A stretch of DNA of 64,000 bases from Candidatus Poribacteria bacterium (lineage in GTDB: Bacteria; Poribacteria; WGA-4E; WGA-3G): contig OZ251518.1 of assembly GCA_965242965.1 (NCBI GenBank), forward strand, positions 4,498,181-4,562,180, in the 5' to 3' direction. Of this stretch, positions 19,961 through 30,537 are shown one piece after another. The position numbers were made by a program, and so were the translations under genes. Position 1 is the stretch's first letter. Every line of letters begins with the position of its first letter. The notes below the pieces were generated by a model. That model ran no database searches. It saw nothing but the letters and a program-made list of their open reading frames with translations, and had not been told where the DNA came from.

Positions 19961-22441
19961 ATGCGATTTACCTATTTTTGGCCCGCATGGGCAGTAGCAC
20001 TCGGCATTCTCATCGCTATTGGCGTGACAACGTTCGTGTATCTGCGCATCGCTCGGCCGCTGCAACCGCGGCACACATTCTTACTGATTACACTGCGGAT
20101 ATGCGCCGTGGCGATGCTGCTCGGCTGCCTATTAGCACCTGTCACCATCGAAAAACGGGACATCACACCCCCGACGCATCTCGCCGTGTTAGTGGATACC
20201 TCGCAGAGCATGCAGTTGACAGATGCAGGAAACGTGTCACGACTCAATCAAGTCAAGGAACTGCTATTTGGGGACAGCGATGGAGAAAACGCGACCCCTT
20301 TCCTTCACTCCCTTACTGACAAGTTTGAGGTGCATGTCTATCCCTTTGGCACGGAACTTCACCCGATGGTGAGTCTGGAAGAGCAGGCGCAACGGTTCAA
20401 AACGGCAGATGCGCTCACCGATATCGGGAATGCCATCAAGCAAGCAGATGCGGCGTGGAAGGGACAACAGCGCGCCGGTATCGTGCTTATCACCGATGGC
20501 GCGCATAACGCCGGGGCACTCCCTATGGAAGCACTCGTTGCGCTGCAAATCCCTGTCTATGCTATCGGCGTGGGTGCCGTGGAGCCGCCAAAGGATATCC
20601 AGATTCAGCTGATTGACACCACCCCTGTCGCTTACACAGGACATGAACATCTTATCCGCGCCACCATTGCGCAAACCGGGTATACCGGCCAAACGACGCG
20701 GCTCGCGCTGCGAGAGGTGAAAAGTCAGCGGCTCGTCTCTTCAGCAACGCTGACGTTTGTAGAAGGTTCGCAACAGGTTGAATTCAGACTGACACCGGCG
20801 ACAGTGGGAAATTTTCAGTATACCCTCACATTGCCGACGCTTGAGGGCGAACTGACAGCGGAAAACAACGAAAAAACCTTCGCGCTCAAGGTAGTCAAGG
20901 CGAAGCTGAACGTCTTCTATTTAGAGGGAAGACCGCGGTGGGAGTATACGTTCCTGAAACGCGCTTTGGAACGCGACCCGGATATTGAACTGACATCGGC
21001 ACTTTTATCCAAGCGACCGGATGCGGAATCGGTGCTAAATCGTTCTGGGGGGTATTATCCGGTGGTTTCTGGTGAGTCCGGGGCATGGCGAGGGACAGGC
21101 CCTCGCCCTACGGTGAAGGAGGCGGCAGCCGGGGCTCGGCGAGGGACAGGCCCTCGCCCTACGATGGGGGAGATAGAGGCTCGGCGAGGGACAGGCCCTC
21201 GCCCTACGGTGGATGAGGCGGCAGCCGGGGCTACGGCGGCGGTTATCCAGCGATTTCCTGAAACGCGCGAAGAACTCTCCAAATACGATGTGCTGATTTT
21301 CGGTGAACTAACGGCGGAACATCTGACCGCGGTGCAACAACGGCTCATCGTTGAGTTCGTGGAGACAGAGGGACGCGCGGTTATCTTTCTCCCGTCGCGG
21401 AACGCGCTTAGCAGGCATGGACTCGGCACCACCGAACTCGCGCGGCTTTTGCCTGTCTCAATTCCTGTTACGGGCTGTGAGATGTCTGAAGCAGAGTTTA
21501 ACGTGCAATTGACGCAAACCGGGACGTTTCATCCGATGCTGCAACTTTCTAGTGCAAACAAACTTGCGCTGAATCGGAACGCCGCGTTATGGCGCAATCT
21601 GCCTGCACTCTCGCGGCTTTTTCGCGGTTTTCAACTGAGAGGCGGCGCGTCTGTGCTTCTGGATAGCGGAAAAGGCGAACCGGTAATGATTTTTCAAAGG
21701 ACAGGCTTGGGCAAAAGTCTCCTCTTCACAGCGGAGGGTTTATGGAATTGGGGTTTCGGCGTTTCAAACTTCAAGGATGCGCGGTATCTTACCCTCTATC
21801 CGCAGTTTTGGGCACAGGCACTCCGATGGATGGGCACCACACACTCCGACGAAAATCGGCTATACCTCACGACAGATACATCGACTTACGCGACAGGCGA
21901 CGCTGTCCAAGTAACTGCGCAGGTGTATTCTGAAACGTATCAGCCGCAAGCCGATGCAACGGTTCAGATTGAGGTGACACCGCCGGTGGGAGAACCGTTC
22001 CAGCTTCGGATGCGGACGGTTTATGGGGATATCAACGAACGCGAACGGGATACAGGAGAAAACGCTGAAGAGGGACGAGCAGGGGAAGAGAACCGATACA
22101 CGGCGCAATTTGAGGTGTGGGAGAAAGGGAACTATCGCATCCGCGCCACGAGCGGGACTGGCAGCACAGATAGAACCGAAATCTACGTTCAACCGCAACT
22201 CGCCGAATTGGAGGCACCGCAGTTAAATGAGGCGTTACTCAAGCGGCTCGCATCGCGAACCGGGGGTGCCTATTTCGCCATCGCCGATGCAGCACAAGTG
22301 CCTGAAAACATCGCGATTATCCAAGACCCGGTTTTTGTCGACACCGAACGCGATATCTGGGCGCATCCACTCGTCCTCATTCTCGTCGTTGGATTGCTCG
22401 GCACAGAGTGGTTATTACGCAAACGGAACGGACTGACATAA
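19961..22441 (+). CDS. BatA-like membrane protein with von Willebrand A domain
   Basis: ATG at 19961; the track's 19940 start is TTG. N-terminal TM helices and a VWA MIDAS-like motif (VLVDTSQSM). Repeat family A sits in-frame at 21085-21235 (AWRGTGPRPTV x3). Confidence 0.6.
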   Translation: MRFTYFWPAWAVALGILIAIGVTTFVYLRIARPLQPRHTFLLITLRICAVAMLLGCLLAPVTIEKRDITPPTHLAVLVDTSQSMQLTDAGNVSRLNQVKELLFGDSDGENATPFLHSLTDKFEVHVYPFGTELHPMVSLEEQAQRFKTADALTDIGNAIKQADAAWKGQQRAGIVLITDGAHNAGALPMEALVALQIPVYAIGVGAVEPPKDIQIQLIDTTPVAYTGHEHLIRATIAQTGYTGQTTRLALREVKSQRLVSSATLTFVEGSQQVEFRLTPATVGNFQYTLTLPTLEGELTAENNEKTFALKVVKAKLNVFYLEGRPRWEYTFLKRALERDPDIELTSALLSKRPDAESVLNRSGGYYPVVSGESGAWRGTGPRPTVKEAAAGARRGTGPRPTMGEIEARRGTGPRPTVDEAAAGATAAVIQRFPETREELSKYDVLIFGELTAEHLTAVQQRLIVEFVETEGRAVIFLPSRNALSRHGLGTTELARLLPVSIPVTGCEMSEAEFNVQLTQTGTFHPMLQLSSANKLALNRNAALWRNLPALSRLFRGFQLRGGASVLLDSGKGEPVMIFQRTGLGKSLLFTAEGLWNWGFGVSNFKDARYLTLYPQFWAQALRWMGTTHSDENRLYLTTDTSTYATGDAVQVTAQVYSETYQPQADATVQIEVTPPVGEPFQLRMRTVYGDINERERDTGENAEEGRAGEENRYTAQFEVWEKGNYRIRATSGTGSTDRTEIYVQPQLAELEAPQLNEALLKRLASRTGGAYFAIADAAQVPENIAIIQDPVFVDTERDIWAHPLVLILVVGLLGTEWLLRKRNGLT

Positions 22442-23107
22442 ATGCACAAATTCGTTTATTCTATCATGATTTGCGCGGCGGTTCTGCTCTTGCAGAGTAG
22501 TTTATCCAGTGACGAACGGTTCACTATCGCGCAAGTTCAATATAGCGGCGGCGGAGATTGGTATGGCGATGCCACCGTCATCGGCAATTGGTTGCGGCTT
22601 CTTCGCGCGCGCACCGACATTGAAACCGCTGAAGAACGGGTGATTCTGAAACTTACCCACCATGGGCTTTACGAATACCCGATGCTCTATCTCGTGGGAC
22701 ACGGGACTATCCGGCTGACCGAAAGCGAGGTGGAGGCACTTCGGCACTATCTGACGCACGGCGGTTTCCTCTTCGTCAACGATGACTACGGGTTGGACGA
22801 AAGTTTTCGGCGTGAAATGCGGCGCGTGTTCCCACAGCAGGAACTGGCCCCCATCCCGAACGCGCATCCGATTTACCACTGCTTCTACGATTTGCCGGGG
22901 CTCCCGAAAATTCATGAGCATGATGGAGAACCAGCACAAGGGTTCGGGCTCTTCCACAATGGGCGCATGGTAGTTTACTACGTTTACAGTTCGGATATCG
23001 GCGATGGGCTTGAGGATGCAGATGTGCATCCAGAGGATACGCCGGAAGTGCGCGAACTCGCCGCGAAAATGGCGGTGAACATCGCTGTCTATGTGTTGAC
23101 ACATTAG
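22442..23107 (+). CDS. DUF4159 domain protein (Bat/MoxR-cluster associated)
   Basis: 221 aa immediately following the stop of the BatA-like gene. Signal peptide and conserved DUF4159-like blocks (QVQYSGGGDW, FLFVNDDYG). Confidence 0.6.
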   Translation: MHKFVYSIMICAAVLLLQSSLSSDERFTIAQVQYSGGGDWYGDATVIGNWLRLLRARTDIETAEERVILKLTHHGLYEYPMLYLVGHGTIRLTESEVEALRHYLTHGGFLFVNDDYGLDESFRREMRRVFPQQELAPIPNAHPIYHCFYDLPGLPKIHEHDGEPAQGFGLFHNGRMVVYYVYSSDIGDGLEDADVHPEDTPEVRELAAKMAVNIAVYVLTH

Positions 23108-23115
23108 GAGTCAAA

Positions 23116-26100
23116 ATGCAACGTCAAAATGTGAATGAAGCATACCAAAAAATTATCGGCGCGCTCCGTACCGTAAGATGGACGTGGCGATGGCTTACCT
23201 TTTCTGAAGGCGTGCTGATGTGCATCGGCATCCTCGCATGCACGATGACAGGCGCGCTCGTCTGTTTTGCGTTACCCTTGCCACGCTGGTTACGCATCGC
23301 GATTATCCTCTTGGGTATCGGTATCGGCATCTGGACACTCGTCTGGTTCCTTCTCCGGCCGCTACGCCGCAAACTGACAGATGCTACGGTAGCAGCACAC
23401 CTTGAGAAGACTGAGCCTGCATTCCAGAGCCGCATTCTCAGCGCGGTGCAACTCAAGGGGACGTTAGCGGAAAACCAATTCGGATACGCGCCGGAGTTTG
23501 TCGAACAACTGATTTTTGAGACGGCGCGCGAAGTAGAACGAATTCAACCCAAGCAGGTTTTCGCCAGCGAACATCGGCACATCAAACAGAATGCCGGCGT
23601 TGCCGGACTCGCAATGGGAATCCTGCTCCTCACCCACTTTCTCTGGCTGCCTACGGCTTTCAAAGGGTTCGCGCAAACCTTCCAGGCTATCCCGAAAACG
23701 CCACAAGAAGTGTTGAACGTTCAGATTTCGGATGTGCATCCCGGCAATATCAACGTTGAGCCTGGCACAGATGTTACCATCACGGCGAATGTCAGTGGGC
23801 ATCTTGGTGCGCCGGTCGCGCTCTATTATCGGATTGGGAGTCAATATCAAGAGCGGGAGGGTTCGTCTACGGTATTGCATCGAGACCGGGAGGGCTCGCC
23901 TACCGGGGGGAGTCGAGACCGGGAGGTGATGCATCGAGACCGGGAGGTCTCGCCTACTGAGACAAATCGAGACGGGACGGAATGGCATTCGCTGGAGATG
24001 CACCGCAGCTTGACCGAAATTCTCTATAGCGCGACGATTGAAAATGTCGATAGAGCACTTCAATACTATATCACGTCGAAAGAGGTTGCGTCCGAAAAGT
24101 ATCAGATCAGGGTGAACCGCGAGCCGGGCGTGAAGCAGTTCCAGATGCAGCTCAACTCTCCTGCTTATACGCAACTTCCGCCGCAAACGTTAGAGGCGAA
24201 CGTCGGCGATATTTACGCGCTCTTCGGGACAGAAGTTGTTTTCACGGGGGACAGCAATAAACCGCTCGCCTCAGCATATTTGGATTTTGAGGAATCCGAA
24301 GATGTTTCGTTGGAAATTACGGAATCTGGTGAGACAGGGGCCCGGCGAGGGACAGGCAATGGCACGGCTACGCGCATTGATGGCACTTTCATTGCGCGAA
24401 AGAGTGAAAATTACAGCATCCGTTTGATAGACGCGGAAAACGGGCTCACGAACCGCAACCCGATTCGTTATACCGTCAATGTTATCAAGGATGCCGCACC
24501 GGCCGTTGACATCATTGAACCCGCCCGCGACAGCGTGCTAGACGATGCCATGTTCGTGGAACTCAAGGTAGAAGCGACAGACGACTACGGCATTCAAGCA
24601 CTCCAACTCGTCTATCGGGTTGAGAGAGAGGACGCTGCAGAGGTGAACGTTCCGCTAAAGCAGTGGAAACCGCTGGCGGTGCAGCAATCCGTGTTTGTTA
24701 CGTATACGTGGGATGTAGACGCGGTTGGCATGTTTCCCGGTGAAACGCTTGCCTATTATGTGCAGGCACTTGATACCGATAATATATCGGGACCGAATGT
24801 TGGCAAATCGTTGACGTATACGCTCCGCTTCCCGTCGCTCTCCGAAATGTATGACGAAATCTCCGCTGAACAGCAGACGGAGCAGCACGGCATTGAGGAA
24901 CTCTTTGACGAACAGGCGGAAGCCGCCGGGTTGGTAGACACGCTCCTTGATAAAATCCGAAAGAGTCAGCGGCTCACGCTCAAGGACGAAAACCTGATGC
25001 AACAGGTGCTTGAGACGCAGGAGCAGATCGAAGAAGCCGCGATGTCGCTCGTTGAAGATATGAAGAAGACAGCGGCGGATATGGAGAAAAACCAACTCTT
25101 TGACACGGAAACACTCCAGAAATATCAGGAATTGCAGGAATTGATGGAGCAGGCACTCTCGGAAGAGCATAAGGAACTTTTGCGGAAGTTATCGGAAGCG
25201 TTGGCTACGCAAGAATTGACGGAGCAAGAAAAGGCACTGATGGAGGCGAATCTGAATCAGGAGCAGTTCCTGCAACAGTTGGAACGCGCCAAATCGCTTT
25301 ATGAACAGCTCCTCCTGCAACAGGAGCTTGAAGCTGCCGTGAAGCAGGCGGCGGCTCTCGCTGAACAACAGAAGGAACTGATGGATACACTGACGGCGAT
25401 TGAAGAAGGGGCAAACGCGCCACAAGAGGGACAACCTACGGATACGCCGCAATCCCTGGCGCAAAAAGAAGACCGGGTGGGTTCGGAGGTTTCTCAACTT
25501 CAGGAAAAATTAGATAGCCTCGGTGAGGAGATGGGCAAGTTGGCGGAGAAACAGGAGAGTGATGCAATGGGTACCCCGCCGCAAATCGGGCGGCTCGCCG
25601 ACGAAATCGAGCGGCTTAATCAGTTCGCGCGAGAGCATCAACTCACCGAAACACTCCAAGACACGAGCGCGAATTTGCGCAGCGGACAAAACCAGCAGGC
25701 TCTTCAATCGGGACGAGAGGCAGAACAAACGTTGACAGAGCTCGCGCAAGGTCTGGATAATGCCTTAGAATTCATGGAAGGTGCGAATGCCGATGCCGCG
25801 CAAGCGGCGATGCGCCAAGCTGTCACCAGCGCGCTGCATCTCTCGCATCTCCACGAGAAAGTCCTTGAGGAGACGCAGGCGTTGTCGTCAGCCACTACCA
25901 CAGAAAATCCCGTTGATGGCGAAATTAAGCAGATGCAGCAACTCGCCGCGGAGGAATTGAGTGCATCGGAGGGACTTGAGCGACTTGCGACGCAGCTGTG
26001 GGAGTTAGGCACGCGGCAGATGGAAGTAGAACCGGAGATTGTATGGCGGCTCAACGCTTCAAACGACGCGCTGTCTCGTGCGGCGCGCGCGTTAGAGGAT

Positions 26101-26775
26101 AGGCAGCCGGGGCTCGCCGTGCCTATCCAACGCGCTGCACTCGCTGATATGAACACGGCGATTTTCCAGTTGCTTAATGCCATGGCACAGATGAACCAAC
26201 AGATGGGTGCAAGCGGTTTGGAAAACATGATGGAGCAGTTGCAGCAACTCGCGCAAGGCCAAGAACAACTGAACCAGATGGCGCAGAATCTGAACCAGCA
26301 GATGCGGCAACAGGGGCAAACGCCGGGGCTTCAGGAGATGCTCAGGCAGCTCGCCGGGCAGCAGCAACTCATCCGTGAGGCAACCGAACGCCTCGCAGAG
26401 ATGGCAGAACAGATGGCGGAAATGCTCGGCAGCCTCAAGGATGTCGCCGAAGATATGACAGAAGTTGAGAAATCCCTTCAACAGGGTGAAATCAACCGAC
26501 AGGTTCTTGATAGACAGGAGCAAATTCTGACGCGGATGCTGGATAGCCTTAAATCGTTGCAGAAGCGCGATGTCGGCAAACAGCGGAAAGCACAGGTGGC
26601 GAAGAATCCGTCGACACCTGCACAGGAGGTGCCGCCGTTGCATCCTGACTTGCTCGAAATCGTGCGGAAGTTAGAGACTGCACCGAACGCAACCGAGGTA
26701 GAAAATATCCCGTTTCAATATCGGGAACAACTTCGGCAGTATTTCAAGCGGCTTTCACAGCGTTCAGACAACTAG
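23116..26775 (+). CDS. large membrane-anchored coiled-coil, Gln-rich protein (Bat-cluster large subunit-like)
   Basis: 1219 aa with AGGAG RBS. Two N-terminal TM helices followed by very long Q/E-rich coiled coils. Repeat family B sits in-frame at 23876-23960. Confidence 0.45.
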   Translation: MQRQNVNEAYQKIIGALRTVRWTWRWLTFSEGVLMCIGILACTMTGALVCFALPLPRWLRIAIILLGIGIGIWTLVWFLLRPLRRKLTDATVAAHLEKTEPAFQSRILSAVQLKGTLAENQFGYAPEFVEQLIFETAREVERIQPKQVFASEHRHIKQNAGVAGLAMGILLLTHFLWLPTAFKGFAQTFQAIPKTPQEVLNVQISDVHPGNINVEPGTDVTITANVSGHLGAPVALYYRIGSQYQEREGSSTVLHRDREGSPTGGSRDREVMHRDREVSPTETNRDGTEWHSLEMHRSLTEILYSATIENVDRALQYYITSKEVASEKYQIRVNREPGVKQFQMQLNSPAYTQLPPQTLEANVGDIYALFGTEVVFTGDSNKPLASAYLDFEESEDVSLEITESGETGARRGTGNGTATRIDGTFIARKSENYSIRLIDAENGLTNRNPIRYTVNVIKDAAPAVDIIEPARDSVLDDAMFVELKVEATDDYGIQALQLVYRVEREDAAEVNVPLKQWKPLAVQQSVFVTYTWDVDAVGMFPGETLAYYVQALDTDNISGPNVGKSLTYTLRFPSLSEMYDEISAEQQTEQHGIEELFDEQAEAAGLVDTLLDKIRKSQRLTLKDENLMQQVLETQEQIEEAAMSLVEDMKKTAADMEKNQLFDTETLQKYQELQELMEQALSEEHKELLRKLSEALATQELTEQEKALMEANLNQEQFLQQLERAKSLYEQLLLQQELEAAVKQAAALAEQQKELMDTLTAIEEGANAPQEGQPTDTPQSLAQKEDRVGSEVSQLQEKLDSLGEEMGKLAEKQESDAMGTPPQIGRLADEIERLNQFAREHQLTETLQDTSANLRSGQNQQALQSGREAEQTLTELAQGLDNALEFMEGANADAAQAAMRQAVTSALHLSHLHEKVLEETQALSSATTTENPVDGEIKQMQQLAAEELSASEGLERLATQLWELGTRQMEVEPEIVWRLNASNDALSRAARALEDRQPGLAVPIQRAALADMNTAIFQLLNAMAQMNQQMGASGLENMMEQLQQLAQGQEQLNQMAQNLNQQMRQQGQTPGLQEMLRQLAGQQQLIREATERLAEMAEQMAEMLGSLKDVAEDMTEVEKSLQQGEINRQVLDRQEQILTRMLDSLKSLQKRDVGKQRKAQVAKNPSTPAQEVPPLHPDLLEIVRKLETAPNATEVENIPFQYREQLRQYFKRLSQRSDN

Positions 26776-26934
26776 AGGCTTGGCGAGGGACAGGCCCTCG
26801 CCCTACGGTAAGAGAAGCCGTTCCGGCTACCGTAGCGCGGGGGCCTGTCCCCCGCGATCGTTTCAGGCCCCGGCGCGCGGGGGCCCTCGCAGGTTTCCAC
26901 ACGCGCGTCCGAGCGGGTTTCCCTTGCCATGCAA

Positions 26935-27135
26935 CTGATGAGAGATGTCCGCTTAAGGTCCGTAGGACCTTAATGTCTATAGTCCTTCGCGATGCGAAGA
27001 CTCTTAAGGTCTGTAGGACCTTAATGTGCAGCCGCACCGCGTGGCTCGCATGTTATTAAGGACCTAACGGACCTTGACAAGGGGCCGACACGTATTTCTA
27101 TAGACATGCAGGACCTAAAGGACCTGAAGAGACGT
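26935..27135. repeat. family-C repeat block (TAAGGTCCGTAGGACCTTA hairpins with TCTATAG core)
   Basis: Direct inspection. Also present at 19385-19575 and 28300-28380. Confidence 0.7.
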
Positions 27136-27351
27136 TCTTTTCAAAAGAGATTTCGCCGCCGCGAGGGAGAGAATCCTGCAAATCCTATAATCTTGTAAAT
27201 CCTGATTCAGACACCTAGAGGCATCGCGGGGGACAGGCCCCCGCGCTACGGGAACGGGACGGTTTATTCATGTTCGCGGGGGACAGGCCCCCGCGCTACG
27301 GTATCATGATATTTTCTTGCCATTTGCGACACATTATGGTATCATGATGAC

Positions 27352-28083
27352 ATGTTAAGTTATGCACAGACTCCGTGGGTCTATCTCGATCCGACGGTTA
27401 TCAGTTATTACGTGGCGGATTCAAGCAAGAATCCACAACTCGCTTTGTGGCAATTGGAGAGCCGCCGTTTTTGGAACGATTTCCAGCATCGATTCACGTT
27501 TGTAGTTTCCGAGACGGTTATTGGTGAAATCAGCGCAGGTGATGCGATGCAAGCGAGGAAGCGGCTCGCTGCAGTCGCACATCTCCCCATATTGCCGACG
27601 ACATTAGCGGCTGATGCGCTCGCGCAGCAACTGCTCACCGCGCGTGCGGTGCCAGCAAAATCGGAACCGGATGCTCAACACATTGCCATCGCCACGGCGC
27701 ATGGCGTTGATTACCTCGTTTCGTGGAATCACAAGCATCTCGTGAATGAAAACCAACTCAGGCAAATTCATCGCGTATGCGAGGGTGCCGGGTTTCAGCC
27801 CATCACCATCTGCACGCCGACAACCTTAATGGAGGGACATGTCATGAAAGAAAAATTCGTTGGGAAGTGTTATCTCCCCGGTTTCGATCCGGCGACTTAC
27901 ACGGATCCGGTGCTCGAAGAATGTTACCGAATGAAGCAGGAGTTCAACGCGCAGTTCAAGAACCTTGAGGAACTCCAAGCGTATTTAATCGCGCGAGAAA
28001 TAGAAAATCGGGAGAAGGGATATAAATATGTCCCGATTCCGCCGCATTTGGAGCGGTATCCTCATCAGGAGGACGTAGACTAA
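27352..28083 (+). CDS. hypothetical protein with PIN-like nuclease fold signature
   Basis: 243 aa. Motif DAQHIAIATAHGVDYLVSWNHKHL resembles a PIN C-terminal strand. No confident family. Confidence 0.3.
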   Translation: MLSYAQTPWVYLDPTVISYYVADSSKNPQLALWQLESRRFWNDFQHRFTFVVSETVIGEISAGDAMQARKRLAAVAHLPILPTTLAADALAQQLLTARAVPAKSEPDAQHIAIATAHGVDYLVSWNHKHLVNENQLRQIHRVCEGAGFQPITICTPTTLMEGHVMKEKFVGKCYLPGFDPATYTDPVLEECYRMKQEFNAQFKNLEELQAYLIAREIENREKGYKYVPIPPHLERYPHQEDVD

Positions 28084-28589
28084 CCGTGAGAGATCGCGGG
28101 GGACAGGCCCCCGCGCTACGGTGAAAAAAAACGCCGCCCCTTTACGTAGGGCGAGGGCCTGTCCCTCGCCATGCCTAGATCTACCGAACGCTCGCGGGGG
28201 ACAGGCCCCCGCGCTACGGTAACCGGACATCTTCTTGACAGAACGGCCCCCTTCCTCGTAGGGCGAGGGCCTGTCCCTCGCCGTGCTGCGATCTATCAAA
28301 CAACTCTTTTAGGTCCGTAGGACCTGAATGTCTATAGAAAAACGTGCCGCACCCTAGCAAGGTCCGTAGGACCTTAATAGTGCATCGAGACCAGGAGGTC
28401 TCTCCTACGGGACGATCGCGGGGGACAGGCCCCCGCGCTACAGTAACCGGACATTTTCTTCACAAAACGGTCCCCTTCACCGTAGGGCGAGGGCCTGTCC
28501 CTCGCCATGCCGCGGTCCACCGAAAACTCGCGGGGGACAGGCCCCCGCGAGGCGTTACCGTGATATTTTCTTTACATTCGCCGAAACTT

Positions 28590-28690
28590 ATAGTATAATA
28601 ATTACCAGAAAACTTGGAAGCAGATGCCCAACACATTGCCATTGCCATGGTGCATGGCGTTGATTACCTTGTTTCCCTGAATGCCAATAG
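28590..28690 (+). pseudogene. duplicated internal fragment of the 27352 gene (EADAQHIAIAMVHGVDYLVSLN) plus duplicated leader, lying in the 5' UTR of the GH3 gene
   Basis: 28555-28600 resembles the 27300-27350 leader. 28614-28680 encodes a 22-aa stretch near-identical to residues ~100-125 of the 27352 gene. No start or stop context. Confidence 0.4.
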
Positions 28691-28702
28691 AGGAGATAAA
28701 AC

Positions 28703-30367
28703 ATGCGTATCCATTACGCGCTATCTATCATCGCGCTCTTCATCTTTTGCATCACAATTTGCGCGCCCGCGTTTGCGCTCACCGATGCCGAAATTGAGGC
28801 GACGCTACATCGGATGTCCGTAGACGAAAAAGTCGGACAACTCCTCCTCGTCGGTATTGGCGGCAAACGGGTGAGCCAAGTCGCGAAGGCGCATATTACC
28901 AAACGCTTTGCCGGCGGCATTATCCTCTTTGGACGGAACATAACGGATGCACAGCAGGTGGCGAGTTTAACGACTGAACTCCAACAGGTAGCACAACAAA
29001 CGCCGAATGCAATCCCGCTGTTCATCGCGATGGACCAGGAGGGTGGGATTGTCGCGCGCTTGAAAAAGGGGGTGAGCGTCTTCCCCGGCAACCTCGCTTT
29101 AGGCGCGACGCGCTCAGAACACCTCGCCGAAAAAGCAGGGGAAATCACGGCACTGGAGTTATCCGCTGTCGGCGTGAATATCAACTTCGCGCCGGTGATG
29201 GACATTAACACTAACCCGCGCAATCCTGTCATCGGCGTGCGTGCCTACGGGGAGTCAGCGGAACTTGTCTCGCAATTGGGCACCGCTTATATCCGCGGTT
29301 TACAAGGGAACGGGATTCTTGCCACCGCTAAACACTTTCCGGGACACGGCGATACGCACGTCGATTCGCACAAAAAACTGCCCACCGTCGGACACGACAA
29401 GAAACGGATGGACGCGGTTGAACTTGCACCGTTTCGGGAGGCAATTAAGGCGAAGGTCGCGGCGATAATGTCGGCGCATATTCTCTATCCCGCGCTCGAT
29501 GCAGATACACCGGCGACGCTGTCACATCGCATTTTGACGGGACTGCTCCGCGAACAACTCGGATTTGCAGGACTTATCATTACCGATGACCTGGAGATGC
29601 AAGCCATCGATGCGCATTACCAGACTGGCAACGCCGCTGTCATGGCAATCCGAGCCGGTGCAGACTTGGTGATGGTGCCGTGGACGCTGAAAAAACAGCA
29701 GCAGGCATATAACGCGCTCCGGAACGCGGTGAAACGCGGAAACATTTCACACACTCGTCTCGATGCATCGGTGCGGCGGATTTTGAAGGCGAAAGGGGAT
29801 TTCGGGATGTTCGCGCGAAAACAGGGCAGTTCGGTGCTTGATTCGGTGCTTGATGGGGTTGGCAGTCCACAGCATCGAGAGATTGCGCAAACCATCGCGA
29901 CGCGGGCGATAACTGTCGTCAAAGACAGCGATGGCATACTGCCATTAAGTAGCGCAACTCGCAAACCGATTACGCTCATCACTGCCTCGCGCATTTTTGC
30001 GAATGCATTCCTGAAATCGCATACCGATACGGCGCATATTACGCATGTCAAAATTCCAAAACAACTTGACGTTGCAAAACTGCTGCCGCAATTGACGCGA
30101 CAGCAAGCCGCTGTCGTTGTTGCCGGGATTACCAACGCGCGGCAGGCAGCACTGATTCATCAACTTTCACAAAACAGTTCAACCCCTATCGTCGTGGTTT
30201 CGCTTGCATCGCCGTATCTGTTGGGACGCTGTCCTGACGTTGCCGCCGCAATCGCCGCCTACGATGGGAACTACTCTTCCTCGCTCGCCGCCGTGGAAGT
30301 CATACTCGGAAAACAGCAAGCGACAGGGAAGTTGCCGGTTACGATTCCGCCTCGCGTGCCAGAATAG
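28703..30367 (+). CDS. glycoside hydrolase family 3 (beta-N-acetylhexosaminidase NagZ-like), secreted
   Basis: 554 aa with GAGGAG RBS and a signal peptide. GH3 N-terminal motif (KHFPGHGDTHVDSH). Confidence 0.75.
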   Translation: MRIHYALSIIALFIFCITICAPAFALTDAEIEATLHRMSVDEKVGQLLLVGIGGKRVSQVAKAHITKRFAGGIILFGRNITDAQQVASLTTELQQVAQQTPNAIPLFIAMDQEGGIVARLKKGVSVFPGNLALGATRSEHLAEKAGEITALELSAVGVNINFAPVMDINTNPRNPVIGVRAYGESAELVSQLGTAYIRGLQGNGILATAKHFPGHGDTHVDSHKKLPTVGHDKKRMDAVELAPFREAIKAKVAAIMSAHILYPALDADTPATLSHRILTGLLREQLGFAGLIITDDLEMQAIDAHYQTGNAAVMAIRAGADLVMVPWTLKKQQQAYNALRNAVKRGNISHTRLDASVRRILKAKGDFGMFARKQGSSVLDSVLDGVGSPQHREIAQTIATRAITVVKDSDGILPLSSATRKPITLITASRIFANAFLKSHTDTAHITHVKIPKQLDVAKLLPQLTRQQAAVVVAGITNARQAALIHQLSQNSSTPIVVVSLASPYLLGRCPDVAAAIAAYDGNYSSSLAAVEVILGKQQATGKLPVTIPPRVPE

Positions 30368-30392
30368 GCGCGGTTTCAAACCGCGCTTCTCA
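30368..30392 (+). terminator. rho-independent terminator-like hairpin after the GH3 gene (GCGCGGTTTCAAACCGCGC + TTCTC)
   Basis: Perfect 9-bp stem immediately after the stop at 30367, followed by a T-rich tract. Confidence 0.5.
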
Positions 30393-30537
30393 GTAGGAGA
30401 GACCTCCTGGTCTCGATGCAATACCTCCTGGTCTCGATGCAATACCGGGCCCTCCTACGACATCGTTTGTCAGATTAGAAGGCGAAGGAAACTTGTCTCC
30501 CACCGAACCGCAACCGAAGAAAAGAAGGGAACTAAAA

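Noticed and set aside
28703-30367. Considered the GH3 gene with the upstream fragment as a fusion or pseudogene
   Set aside because: The GH3 ORF is intact with its own RBS and signal peptide. The upstream fragment lacks start and stop context and is treated as a remnant.
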